Shown piece by piece: positions 44,866 through 57,390 of a stretch of 64,000 nt of DNA. Position numbers and translations under genes: made by a program. Position 1 is the first letter of the stretch. The number at the start of each line of letters is the position of its first letter. The stretch is taken from the NCBI GenBank assembly GCA_030704615.1, contig CM060733.1, positions 26,846,001 through 26,910,000 on the forward strand, written 5' to 3'. The notes beneath the pieces are model-generated. The model saw only the letters and a list, made by a program, of their open reading frames with translations. It was not told the DNA's origin and did no database searches. Source of the stretch: Takakia lepidozioides (taxonomy: Eukaryota; Plantae; Bryophyta).

Positions 44866-45323
44866 ATACATATTGCAATTTAAATGAAAGTTGATTCTGT
44901 GATTATTATTTTTTCTAAAGGAACAACTACGGTGGAGGAAGGGGATTCAACGTTTTCCAGATAGTATGAAAATGAATATTAAAAGAATACAGTTCAGTCT
45001 GACTCAGAGTCAGTACAATGTATCCCCGCTTCCTCTGCATCTAAGTCTAAGTATTTTAGAACACCGGATCCACGCTGGATACACCTACGGCTGGCCACTA
45101 AAAAGTCAGGGGATAGGGACTCGGCCGCGTGAAGTGCCATTGCTTCGGCATAAACAGGAAGCAGAAAATTGGAAAGGGGGCTGTCGAAAACAGACTCGCC
45201 AGAAATGACTGTATCTCCTGAAGATCCACCGCTGCCTTTCCTGAAAGACAGCCTGAAAAAGTTATTACTGTAACTTTGATGTTATTGAGAAATTGAGTAT
45301 GACTCCCAAAGAGGGTTTAGCAC

Positions 45324-48300
45324 TTACTCACATGAAAAGTCGTTGTCGACCTGCTTATCTTCGGGATCGTCATCATTTTGAATTTGAATCCGATCAGTCT
45401 GTGTGCCTGAAGTGGAGCCAGACAAAAGGGGGAGGAGCACTGTGTTGTAGAGGTCAGAATCACCCTCCATGCCAAAAAGGCTTCTTCCGCCTGCCTTGCA
45501 TGCATGGTAAGTTGCTCCTGCACCAGACAGGAGAACATGAACAGTTTGGAGGGGGGGATTTAAGCAGATGAAACTGTTGAAAGAAAACCAATTCGGAAGG
45601 GAAAAAACGAACCTGTGGACACAGAAAGATCGACCACCCGTGCAGAGCGGTGGCTGCATGACTCCAGCAGTATTTGCATGAACGCTGGGGACTTTTCTTT
45701 TGCACCTCTCCAGGGAGTGCCATCTGGTCTCTTCAGAGTCTGACTGGACTGCATGAAGTTGTACAAAATGTCATCGACATGGGGCTCATAGGGGGGGTTG
45801 ACGAAACAACCCTGGTCAGAAATCTCAAAGCTGCGGATGGAGGATGGTGTCTTTGAGGTGCGAATCCTCCGCAGGCAGATCGCCTCGAACATCCTCGTCT
45901 GCCAAAGATAGCAGGTTAGTGTGGTAAACACAATCTATAGTGGAAGTGTGTACATCGGCTATTCAGAACTCAGACACAAAAAAATCATGAATCGGTGATG
46001 ATCGGTGTCGATCATAACACATTCTACTAGAGTGGAGCTGCAGAGAACATTGAAACTCATGATGAAAGCACAAGCAGAAGGGAGACGGCATACCAGCTGA
46101 CCAGGGAAACCCCCTTTCACAAGGTAGAGGCTGTTCACACAATTCCATGTGCGCAAAACTTCAAACCCTGAAGACTTGAGGTATGATGCCAATGCCCGAC
46201 GACTATCATTGTCACATGACTGAAAAAGCAGAAGTGTCCCTGCATCAGAGAGGAAGTTGTTACAGAACCCGAACACCCAACTCCAGTAGTTGTCCTCGAA
46301 TTTGTTCCAGCCTGGCGTCTTGCCCTTTGGAAGAACTTCTGGCACAGCCTGGCCATCCGGGATGTCGAGAATGACAATGTCGGCCGCATAAGTTTTCTGC
46401 ACACCGCACACGAAGGTGGGACCTGTGCTCACCTGCAACAGACATGTTTTTTATAAGAACGATGGCAAGAATGTTTTCAAAGAACGAGACTGAAATACTG
46501 CCAACGAAACTTTCAGAGAAAAAGGAAAGAAACTGGAATTCTCACCAGATTGAGGAATGAGATTATATTGTCCCAGGTAGGGGATGGCACCCCAGTGTAT
46601 CCTCTCTTTCGACTCTGCATCATCGAAAGCCAACCCTCATTAACAATTTTCATCTCTCCTGCTGAATCAGAACGGGAAGGGTGTGGCTTGGCATCGAACA
46701 CGCACTGAAGAGTGCGGGTATATCTTCCAGCAGTAAAGTCCTGCCCACTCTCCATCTCCTTTTCATTCTCCTTCCCCTTGTCCTTTTCCTTCTCTTTGGA
46801 CTTGTCTTTGTCCTTTGGCTTTGCTGGTGAGATGGCTATGACATCAACAGCCTTGTCTTTTGGTTTGCGGCCCGCCTTCTTTCCCTTCTGCGGCGTTCCC
46901 TGAGCATCAGGCTCCTTGGCAGCCAATGTTGCTATGTTTCGTTGGTACTCTTCGTCAGTCAAAGGCGCCAGCATCTCAGCGTTATTGTTCAAGTATTTCA
47001 TATGCTGTTCTTGAAAGGTCGTGTGCTCCGGTGGGCAGTCAAGGTACCACCCACAGTCTCTGAAGTGAGAAGGACTCCAGTCCTTCAATATCCCTGCAGT
47101 ATACATGGTTGGATCGTTTGCAGGGTCCACCACATGTCAAGATAGTCTAGGAATTCCGCTCAGGTGATTTCCTTCCATAAGCACATATTTCGTGTACCTG
47201 AAAAAAGGAGATAAATCCCAACCCACAAAAGCGCTCAGTGTAAGATGCAAGTAGAACAGAATGAAAAAAACATAGATTGAAATGGCTCTGAGAACTGCTC
47301 CAATGATCTTTCAAGCCACACGAATGCTCCAGATGTGAATGTCGTCAACGCCATTCAAAACATTCCATTCCAATGTAAATACATAAATACCCCTAATCCA
47401 GGTGAATGCAACTCGTTTGGAATGACACAGACATAGAAGTGAATGTCGTCAACGACATTCACTAATGAGCCTAATTATTCCTCAAATGAAGCAAATCACA
47501 GATGGAAATCATAAACTCGAGTAAGGAACCCTCCAAAAAACTCAATGTACATTCATAACGAACATATCACTGAGGACCTCACAACATCACTGTATGTGAA
47601 TGGCGTCAACGCCATTCACAAAATACCAAAAAGAACCCAATTACTTAGCTCCCAATCCATGTAAATTCAATTGTCGCTGTTGAATAATACAGACACAGAA
47701 GTGAATGTCGTCAACGACATTCACTTTGGATTCTCATAACAGAGCTTATCAAGCCTCCATTCCTCGCAAGAGGCAAAAACAATGCAGAACAACTGAATGT
47801 CTGCATTGACATTCAGCAAAATGAAGTGAGGAACCCTCACTGTAACCTCTATGGACATTACAAAAATTTACATAACTCTGAGGACCTCAACACAACTCGT
47901 ATGTGAATGTCGTCAACGCCATTCAAGGACATTATCAATTCTAATCAGGGACACTATAATACACCTTAGATCCTAACCAGGTGAATTCATATACTCGCTT
48001 AAGAATGACTCAGACAAAGAAGTGAATGTCGTCAACGACATTCAATCTGGATCTATGATTGCAATCCTTATGAAGCCACATTTTTTCCCAAAAAAACAGT
48101 AGAGTTTCAAGTATGACATTGCACCTGTACACACAACTCGCATCATGGCCCACTCTCCTCCAACCTGACTGTCAAAGTCGTTGGACCGTAAAATGTTACC
48201 ATCTTTGGAGAACTCCCGAAAAAACAGTATCCAGGTGAGACCTCTCCACTTCCTTATGTATGCCTCCAATGACATTTGGGAGGGGAAACAATCGAAATGT

Positions 48301-50829
48301 TCAGGTCCTTCAAAGTCTGATCCAGCACAATGACGGCGCTTTTTCGAGCTGCAAATTTATATTTGTCAGAATTGCAAATAAGATACTCATCACATACTTG
48401 AAGAAGAAAAAACGCATGTTTGAATACACACCTGACTCCAAAATGTAGCCTTGTGGAGCCAGTTATCAAACACCAAATCACTGATTCCTTCCACCTTTGT
48501 GCCAGGCTGTATGGTGCTCTTTGGGAACTGATTCAAGTCCTTTACTGTTTGATCTGAGTTCCATATCTCCAGCCACCTTATTTTTGTTTGTGGGTCGACC
48601 ATCGATATGGCCAGCCGGTGCAATTTCTCCTGCTGCATCTCCGGATGCACATGCTTGTCATAGTGTGTTTTTGATCTGCTGAAGGAACTCAGACCAAGTC
48701 CAGGATCTACTATTCTAAGCTGCTTTCCGAAGGCGGACATCAATTTGGTTCTTCGCATTTCAAACTCCTTCTTTATTGCAGCTTCCACACCCTTTGATGT
48801 CCTTAGTTCCTCTGGTGTAGTGCGGTAATATTCGGATTTTCCCTTCTCAGCTGCCTCTGCCAGTTCTTGCTGCATTGATTCAAGTAGTGATTAGCTCCGA
48901 AGGGACTACAAACATGTATTCGAAAAGTAAACAGAGTACAGACTCGGGCTTACCGCATACATGTACTCCAGAAACGCCTCTCGTGTCAAAGAATACCAAG
49001 TGCCTGCAGCTCTTCCTGTTTCGCACTTCTTGATGATATTGGGTGGTAGTACTGTCCGAAAATCATCCAGCTTCATCAGACCAATCCTCTGAATTCGGAA
49101 TAGTGTGTGAACCAAGCTTGTTGTCACATGCGATTTCTCTGTCGATCTGCAAAAACATTGGAAACATTGCATTCCTTAACACTGTTTTTTGAGGATTAAC
49201 AAGACACTACAGAGGGAATGAAATCTCCTGGATGACTTACTTGTTCACGTCGTGCATAGCTGTAAGAAGCCTAGCGATGTCGTTTCCAGGATCCAAAACC
49301 ATTGCCTCCACAGCAACATGCTTGTCTTTGTCTTTCGCATGGTGTTTCTGAATGTATCCCATCCATGCCAGCAATCGGTGGTTGCCGTCCCAGACGTAGA
49401 ACATGTGGTTGCAGAATTGCTGGGTTTTTTCCCATCATGAGGCCCAGCTCGAACTCCTCATTGGCATCTTTCCAGCACTCATCCCAGTTATCACTGATCT
49501 CTGGAGACACTAATGTGCTTTTCCCATTTATATCCGTCAGTGACACATAAAAACTTGTGCACCAAGTCTATATCCATGCACAAATCACTCTCCAATTTTG
49601 TTATGTCATGGGAAAGAGGTGGACGCACAACAGGCATTGATATCATCCGGCACAGAGGATGTCCAGACGCCCTCCAGATACGAGCATGTCCCTTATAACC
49701 TCCTGAGAGTTTACCTTCTGGAATGACATGAGTTCTTTCCCTTCAAGGTAGTGCACTTCAGATTCATCTGCTTCATCTGTATTCTCTGAGCTTTTTGCGG
49801 ACTCGTCCCCATCTCCAGATCCTTTCCCCTCTGATCCTGTAGGCTTCGACCTCACAGTTTTCTGCACGATGCCATTCAGTTCTCTGACTGAGTAATTTTG
49901 CAAATGAATGGCGGTAACGACCATCACTCTGTCTCAAAGAACTCACATGAATGGTGTGAAACAATTCAGCACAATCTACACAAGCAAAGCTGAGCGCCGT
50001 ATTCAAAACAAAAGCGAGAGCGATAGCGAACGGCGTTAACGACAATCACAAAAGATAACGACCTGCCGGATCGGTGTTGTGTAATGACATCTATGTGCAA
50101 GTGATTGGCGGCAACGACATTCAGTATAGTTAGGTCGGACAGTAAGTGCAGATTATTCAGATTGACTCCACTGTGATTACCGTCGTGGGAAGAGGAAGGA
50201 CTGAAAGGCAATCATGTAAACAACGATATTGACATGCCGACCCTCTCTCTTCAAACACATAGGTACATAAATCTCATGAGGAGAATCGAATGGCGTTGCT
50301 CAAGTTCCTGCTAAAGAAGGGAAGATGAAGGACTCCTTGAAAGGCAATCAGACAGACTGTATGATCTGAACAGAATGACTGTACCGATAGTCACCCACTC
50401 ATTGTGCGGTAAACCCTTCGCAGAGGAGTAGAAATCAATCACCTTTGTGATGGTCGGTAGCGACAATCCCTGTCTGGGACATTCCACTCAATCTCTACGC
50501 ATATCTTCAACAATGAAATGTATGTTAGATAAAACTTACTGGCGCCTTCTTAGGTTTTTGAAATTGATCCCTTCTGCAGCTTTCCTCTTCCCTCTCACAT
50601 CTGCTGGAATTTCTGTCTGCTCTAGGGTTTTGGACCTTCTCCCGGTTCGGCGTTCCGCGTGCTTCCACCTCCTTCAGTGTCCCTGCGAATCATCTCTGCC
50701 TCCACAGGCTGCGCACTCTTATCGCCGACTGTGTCACAGCCGCTGCCTCAGTCTCGTCTGCTCTTTGAATCAGTCTCCGCGTTCACCTGCTGCCTTGGCC
50801 CTGTTCTCCAACAAACGACGCCTCGTCAT
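45324..50829 (-). pseudogene. Cargo gene of inner MULE: ParB/Srx-like + beta-class amino-methyltransferase-like domain (multi-exon, frameshifted)
   Basis: MFYVWDGNHRLLAW (~49363-49404); DIVILDIPDG; WRGAKEKSPAFMQILLESCSHRSARVVDLSVSTG|ATYHACKAGGRSLFGMEGD. Exon-by-exon colinear with the outer copy; ends approximate. Confidence 0.75.
47335..48045. repeat. Intronic array of 6 palindromes GTGAATGKCGTCAACGMCATTCA(C)
   Basis: Copies at ~47335, 47439, 47596, 47701, 47903, 48022, set in longer degenerate repeat units; variant at ~47793; degenerate copies at ~49903, 50029, 50101. Confidence 0.9.
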
Positions 50830-51681
50830 TTGCTCTCTTGCTCTGCGTCTCTCTCTCTAAGGGAAGTAAAATAAAGAGACTTTCTTCTCTTTCGTATTGT
50901 AGAAGGAACCCTCTCCAGCTTGACTACCACTCTCCCTCTAAGCGCGAAAAGTAGAAAAACGCAGTGACTCCCGATTTCTTGCGGGATTGCCTGTGTTCTT
51001 GCGTGTCTCTAGAAGCATCGGATTCCCTCTCGCGTGACCGTTACACATAGTCGTTCCCTTATTAGTGCACATGCCAGCAATTGGTGTACAGCTGTTCGTA
51101 TTCAGTTATGGATGTCTGACGTGTGTCGCCCAAAAAAAAACGGCGTGTTCTTTATTAGAACGGTTTCAATATTTAAAAATAACAGCGAATCCCAGAAATC
51201 TGGGCGCACAGTCTTACACAAATAATGTAAATGACGAGTTTGATGACAAATCTTGGAATATCATACACGGTCATCCTTGTTAGCCAAACCCCACATTCGT
51301 TTCACATTTGGAACTTTCCAGGTGCGCATGATCATTGGTAGTAGTATAAAGATACATTTACTTAATCTGCAATCCCATTCAGATCCTGTGGCATGCTTCC
51401 AGGAAGTCGGCTTTGTTTTTGGTTTATTGATGAGGTTCTGTTAACGGTTTAATAGCTGCCGACACTGCTCCTAGGGATACTCTGACCACTGGGCCCACAA
51501 GAAAAGTAATTAAAATGGACGGCTGCATATCTGGAAAGAATAACAGAAATATGCACAGTCGTTGTCTGAGCTTCCTCCGCCATATTCTCTGCTCATTCTT
51601 CAACTGTGTTCTGGAGACATCAGTAAACCGATTTACACTAGATCTGCGATAGCAAGGTACAAACGTACGCGAGGAAGGAAG

Positions 51682-54600
51682 ATGGCTTCCTCTGAAGCGG
51701 AGTTCTTCTCTGACGACAAACCAGTGCCGTTCTCCCCAGGAAGTCCTTGACAATGGATTTGCAATTGTTCTGGAACATGTCTTGGCTACCCGTTTTCAGC
51801 TGCAGAATGGCTCCATCTTTTTGGAGAAAGAGGTGTACGATCTTAAAGGGAAGTTGTTGAAATACTCTTTCCAAAACCGTGATGAGACGGCTCATATCAG
51901 CCAGTGGAGAGTGCGTCCTGGTCGATACAGAGTACTTGGAGAGCCTCGGCGAAAGTCCCTTGGGTCATATGTGACGCCCGGGACTGCTGCTTCGGTCGTT
52001 GAAGACAAGAGGGAGGTGGTGGTGAAAAAAGAACAGACGTCCTCCACTCCAATCGTTGAGCTTTCGGATTCTTCCGATGATGACATAAGTGAAATTCCAA
52101 ATCCAGTCCTTCCTACTGTGGTTGGAGAAGCTGATGAAGAAGAGATTTGTAGTGTCATTCCAAAATTGCGGGCGATGGGAGGAATGGCTGGATTCAAAAG
52201 TGAGTTGCGGGGAATTGATTGGGAATCTTTGAAGCAGGTGCCTGTGAAGTTCTTGCCGGAGACTTTTGATGGCGATATCCTATTCGAGCTGCCTCCTCCT
52301 CCGCGAGTTGGAGGTGTAACAATCATGATGCATGGAATGGACAAGAAACACGACGGGCACCCGTGGTGCAGAACAAAAACATCCAATATTCAGAATGATG
52401 ACAAGCTTGTTTCAGGAGGACAGTTTGCAATGGACACCTTAGGTGTGATAATTTGAATTGCAGACACTTTCTTCAGTCTGGGGTTCATAATCAAAGCGAA
52501 TGGGAGGGTCTGGCGGAAAATCCATTTCAGCCTGGGACTGCCCCTCCACCGGCAAACACTTTCGTCTGCAAATTCTGCAAACTTGTGCCATCCTGCTTGG
52601 CGCTCTGCGGAGCAAGAATGTACTATGTTGTCCACCGTTTGAAAACAATGACGAGAGCTTGTGTGCATTTCGGATTCCATAACCATCCTGTCTCGAAGGG
52701 GGATTACAGGGAGAGTGTTGAGACAGTATCGAGGTTGATCAAACAGGAGTTCGGGAGAAACCCATCCGCAACATCTGCAATTGCTCTTGGCGCAAGCAAG
52801 TCCTTCTTGGAAAGCCATATTTTGAGTGAAGGATTCTGTGGGGACTAAACTTGACGGTGCAGCATTGGACCTGTCATGGATCATTTCTCCACTTTAAGTT
52901 CACCTAACATTCGGCATCAGATCAATGCATTGAGAATGGGCTCTGGGATCAGAGGCTACATAGACAATATTTTGGAATTGAAACGAGTGAGCAAGTACGA
53001 TTACATCCAGGACAATGTATTCCCAGGTCAAGGTGCCATCAAAGTTTTTCTTTTCAAAATGTCGACTGTTGGGGAGGGCAGTGGGGTTAGCCTCGTGAAG
53101 CGGATGCAGAAGACTGGGGACTTGCAGAACTGTTTTTTTTATGTTTGATCATGTGAAACGAGTGAAGGATTGGACGACAATGGCTTGTCATGTCTACGAT
53201 CCAGTGTACCAACGAGTTACAGTTTGTGACATGCAATCCGAGGATACGGAATCCCAGAAGCTCATGTGGAATTCCCTGATACGTGTCATGGGTTGCCATG
53301 GGCTGCCATCTCCAAATTTTGCAGGTTTCATGGCGGATAGTGCTCAAGCAAATTTCAATGCTGTTCGTATTGTCTTCGGATCGGGCGACCCAAAAGTGCC
53401 TATGCCAGGAAGAGAGCGTACATGTCTATTCCATTGGACACAATCTCTGGAAAAACATACAAAGTCGGACATCAAACCAGAGATGCAGACTCAGCACCGT
53501 AAATTGTGCAAAGAGTACAAAGATGCTAGAACAATGAAGGAGGCGGACACTTTGTTCCAGACAATTCGTGCCTGGTGGTTCTCTTCTGGAGCTGCATCAC
53601 TTGAGAGTATGAGAGCATTGGAAGATTGGCTGGCGTTTTGGCACTTCCGGTATAGACAGTGGGGAGCAGCCATGACAATGGGTACGAGGCTTCTATTTCA
53701 TGCTTTATTCATACATTTGCTTTCCATATTTTTGACTCATTGCTTTCTTTATGTTGTTTCCTGTGCACTGTTCTGAAGTGTGGTTATCTTCTTTGCAGAA
53801 CATGTCCATTGAGGAAATGGCGGACATGCCATCTTGCAATTTGGCAGAAACTGTGCACAACATGTTGCAGCAGTCTGGGAAACGAGGTCGGGATTTGTAT
53901 GGCAACAACAGATGATTTGATACGTGCCTTGCAACAACAAACCCGATACCGTGATTTCTTACGAGGTGGGTTGGTGGCAAGGGTCCGGACAAACGGGAGT
54001 GATGTTGCGTGCTGCAAACAGATCTGGGGATCCAATCAAGATAGCACGGCGGTGAGCATGTATGCCCAGGGAACGCCACTTGTTTCTAGAGTTCCACATC
54101 TTGAAGGGGAGGAGAGATTCGGCTCCTGTAAGAGGAAATTGAACACTCCACCTGGTTCGGATTCAGATTCCCACAGGGCAGACCGTGATAACTTCTCGAA
54201 GCCTCGTGTTCCCTGCATGACAGCTCCATGTCCGGAACCTCCATTGTGGAGGAACCTCCAACACGACGGCAAGCTCCAGCATCAAACAGTGCCACTGAAA
54301 TGGTGCAGGAGAGAAACAACCCCCCTTGATGTGCTTGAGTCCGCATGCCCCGACCACGTTTGGCACATAGAACGCACAAGTGTAGACTCTCGTGTGAAAT
54401 GTACAGCGATCAGGGCAACTAATTTCGAGAAGTGCACTTCATCTATATCCAGAGGTGGTGCCCGAACTCCTGCTCCAACTTTCACAGCTTGATGCGTCCA
54501 TACGGTCAACCAGAAGCCAAACCACAAGTCTGGTTCTGCGCAGATGATTTTGCCAGATGTGTGCATGGAACTGTGCGTCCTTCCGTAGTAATGAAGCCAT

Positions 54601-55161
54601 CTCCTCCAACCGTTTGGCCCGTGAAGGTGGGAACACATCTCAGCTTTCAGGAGATTGAAATGCTGGAGGAGGCAGGTTTTTTTCCCTTGCGAGACAACCC
54701 CAATCCATGCATGTGCTACTACTTCTGCGTCCTCCCGGGTCCCCCGGCAAACCCTGACTTGTGGCCAACCAAACGAGATGGAAAGCTCGTTCGGCGTTTC
54801 CCTCCAACCGCTGAACACTTTGGCAAAGTGGAGTCTGCAAGAATGCTCCAAGCTCGTGTTGGAAGCACCACGGAAGTACCCGATCCAGGATATGGTCGGG
54901 TATTCACAATCATCACTTCCACAACTGTTGTTCATAACAGGACCTACGACATCACGGTTTCCAATTTCCCCAATTGCACATGTCCTGATTTTGGCAACCA
55001 GTTTGGGCAAGAGAGGTAAATTCATACCCTGCAAACATTTGTATTTCATATTTTTTAGGAGGATGGTTTGCGATCCCAAACGTGACAACTTCATTCACCA
55101 GGCCACTATGAGTTTCAACGAGGTCGATACTCTTTTGCAACGGGATACAACACATGGGTAG
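51682..55161 (+). pseudogene. MULE transposase of inner element (GCM-like, DDE, SWIM), multiple frameshifts
   Basis: Colinear with 40608-44110: GHPWCRTKTSN, MFDHVKRVKDW, FMADSAQA, CLFHW, CNLAETVH, CTCPDF, PCKHL. Confidence 0.88.
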
Positions 55162-55759
55162 CATGAACTATGTAATGTGGTATGTGGATGACCATGATTT
55201 GAAATGTGTAATTCACATCAATTCGTCGGCTGTGCAATGATATGGCCTCCAACTATACGGAGTGAGCTCTAAGTGACAACTTTTAGGTAGTGCACATTTG
55301 TCATTGCACCGTTCGAAGTCTACATGTCTTGCTGTCGCTATGCACTACAATCATCTTTTGAAGATGATCCTAACTCTCATTGTTATTTGAGGAGGGAAGA
55401 AGGTCTTCCCGTGGCAGCCTTTATGGCGCACACTTTGTGAGGATATTTTGTCGTTCTCGTAATTGTAAAAGTGAAACAAGCATTTGTAATTGCACAATGT
55501 TGGATGCTGCAATTGTAGGCCTCAACGCTCGTCTTGATTCTATTTAGGCAAGATTCCCTCCATTAATTCCACGGTCATAGGACCATCCACGGTTATAGGC
55601 GACGCATGTTAATGCTGACGTGGCAGATGACGGACAGTGCCATGTCATCATTTACCGCCACATCAGCATGCTGACATGATGCTCACGCCACGTCAGCTGG
55701 CGTGAGCGTACGCTCGCGCGCTCACGCGCAACGCTTACGCCATTGTGTCGTTGTCAAAT

Positions 55760-56075
55760 CAACCTCATGTCAACACGAGGTTTACTTGAAGTTCTCCAAA
55801 TCCCCCTTGTGTCGACACAAGGTTGATTTTAGTTCTAAGAAAACAACATCGTGTCAACACGAGCTCATTTTTGTTGCAGGAAGTAAACCTCGTGTTAACA
55901 CGAGGTTTACTTGAAGTTCTCCAAATCCCCCTTGTGTCGACACAAGGTTCATTTTATTTCTAAGAAAACAACATCGTGTCAACACGAAGTTCATTTTTGT
56001 TCCAGGAATACAACCTCGTGTTAACACAACGTTCATTTCAGTTCTACGAAATGAAGCTCCTGTTAACAGAAGGTT
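55760..56075. repeat. Subterminal tandem repeat (~125-bp unit) made of GTYRAC-centred palindromes
   Basis: aacctcatgtcaacacgaggtt, ccttgtgtcgacacaagg (x2), aaacctcgtgttaacacgaggttt (perfect), aacatcgtgtcaacacga (x2) and others; about 8 copies. Confidence 0.88.
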
Positions 56076-56317
56076 GAACTCCAGGAAAGCCCGAAACCCT
56101 TCATCCGTTTCACCTTCATGTGGTGAAATCAGCAGTTGGGGGCTCCATGGTTATAGGCCCACCTTCTTTGTGGTGACGTGGCATGACCTGGACCAGGCTC
56201 ACGCCACGTCAGCATCAGCGCCACATCAGCAGCGTGAGCGTAGGCTCACGCCACATCATCGTTGTGTGAGCGTACGCTCACACGCTCACGCGCCAGGCTC
56301 ACGCGGTAGCGTCGTTG

Positions 56318-56790
56318 ATTTGAGACCTAACTCATGGCCCCATGAGGGAGAGGCTCCGATTCTCGATCTTGATCTATCTCCAACCAGCAATGCCATTGTT
56401 TTGTCTCAGTTTACGTTGAAGCCCGATGCCATACAGAAAACATTCAACGTGAAAATGGCATGTTCTAGGTTGGAAGGGTTAGCGTCGAGGTAAAGAACCG
56501 TGTCATCAACAAACATGGAGGATTTGATATGAAGGTCTTCGTGATTTTGGCAAGGGATTTTGAGACCAGTGATGTGAGAGTTTTTTTCCAGTAGATATCC
56601 CAGAGAGTCAGCCACTATTAAAAATAGGAAGGGTGCGAGAGGGCATCCCTGGCGCACCGAGCGTTGCAACTGAAATGGAGTGGATAAGAAACCGTCAACC
56701 ATCACTCTGCTAGAGGCGTCATGTAGAAGGATTGAAACACACTCGCAGAAGTTTGATGAAAGACCTACTTTCCTTATTATTATTTTGCAA
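56318..56790 (-). mobile_element. 5' part (RT core) of the LINE interrupted by the MULEs
   Basis: RSVRQGCPLAPFLF...SMFVDDTVLY...FCMASGFNVN; joins in frame to 33711 and below. Confidence 0.88.
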
Positions 56791-56981
56791 GAATGCAAAG
56801 AATTGCAAGTCAAATAATTTTCCGTAATAGGGGACTTTTCACTGTCATCTCCATTATCCCCTGTAAAATACAGTAAAAAGTATATTCACTTGCATACATA
56901 ACAGATAGGGATGGAATATTGGCGATTTCCAATCCCTAATATTCAGCAGGTAGTCGATTCTGTCGCTTTCTAGGTCTCTTA

Positions 56982-57390
56982 GGCCCGTACCACACTAGCG
57001 GCACACCAACGGCACTAACGTGGACGTTGCAGGCTAGGGATTGTTGGATGATATAGGTCCATGTCACCGGGCGGCAATGAATCGGCTACCACACTATATC
57101 ATAAGCCTAGCGCAAAAAACTCGAAACTACCTTATCTTTTCATTCTAAAAATAACCAATTCTTACAGTAGAACCTTTGACATTGCGTCAATTCATCGCCA
57201 TCGTGGGAGTATCGTGTCACGACAATGTCTTCCTAAAATTATGGATTTCCGGGGGACACTGCCTGGAAATCCGTATTGTGACATGTAGGCCAGGTCGGAG
57301 CCATGTCAACGCCTATGCCCTCCCTTAAACCAATAGGAGGGTCCGAAATTGAGTGCTGCTGGCCCTCTTGTCGCTAGTGTGGTATCGCCC
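56982..57390. mobile_element. PIF/Harbinger (Tourist-like) MITE, 409 bp
   Basis: TIR ggcccgtaccacactagcg / cgctagtgtggtatcgccc; TTA TSD at 56979-56981 and 57391-57393. Confidence 0.8.

Larger units (their letters stand above)
44296..55753 (+). mobile_element. Inner MULE (11.46 kb), diverged relative of the outer element with the same gene layout
   Basis: TIRs tagggatgcctcggcgtgagcctggtcacgtgagc... / ...gctcacgcgcaacgcttacgccattgtgtcgttg; exact 10-bp TSD tcaaatcaac at 44286-44295 and 55754-55763. Confidence 0.93.
33721..56317 (+). mobile_element. Outer Mutator-like (MULE) transposon (~11.1 kb without the nested copy) carrying a ParB-MTase cargo gene
   Basis: Imperfect TIRs (gagggatgcttgcgcgtgagcctagccgcgtgagc... 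vs ...gctcacgcgccaggctcacgcggtagcgtcgttg); 9-bp TSD atttgaggc (33712-33720) / atttgagac (56318-56326). Removing the element restores the LINE frame GASPSWGHELGLKWLKDGES. Confidence 0.92.

Noticed and set aside
47335-48045. Palindromic repeats with spacers as a CRISPR array
   Set aside because: Irregular spacing of ~100-200 bp, spacers partly repeated, located in a spliceosomal intron of a plant TE, no cas genes
33721-56317. Simple tandem/segmental duplication or bacterial contamination
   Set aside because: The copies are strongly diverged, each has its own TIRs and TSD, the genes have GT-AG introns, and the flanks rejoin a plant LINE in frame
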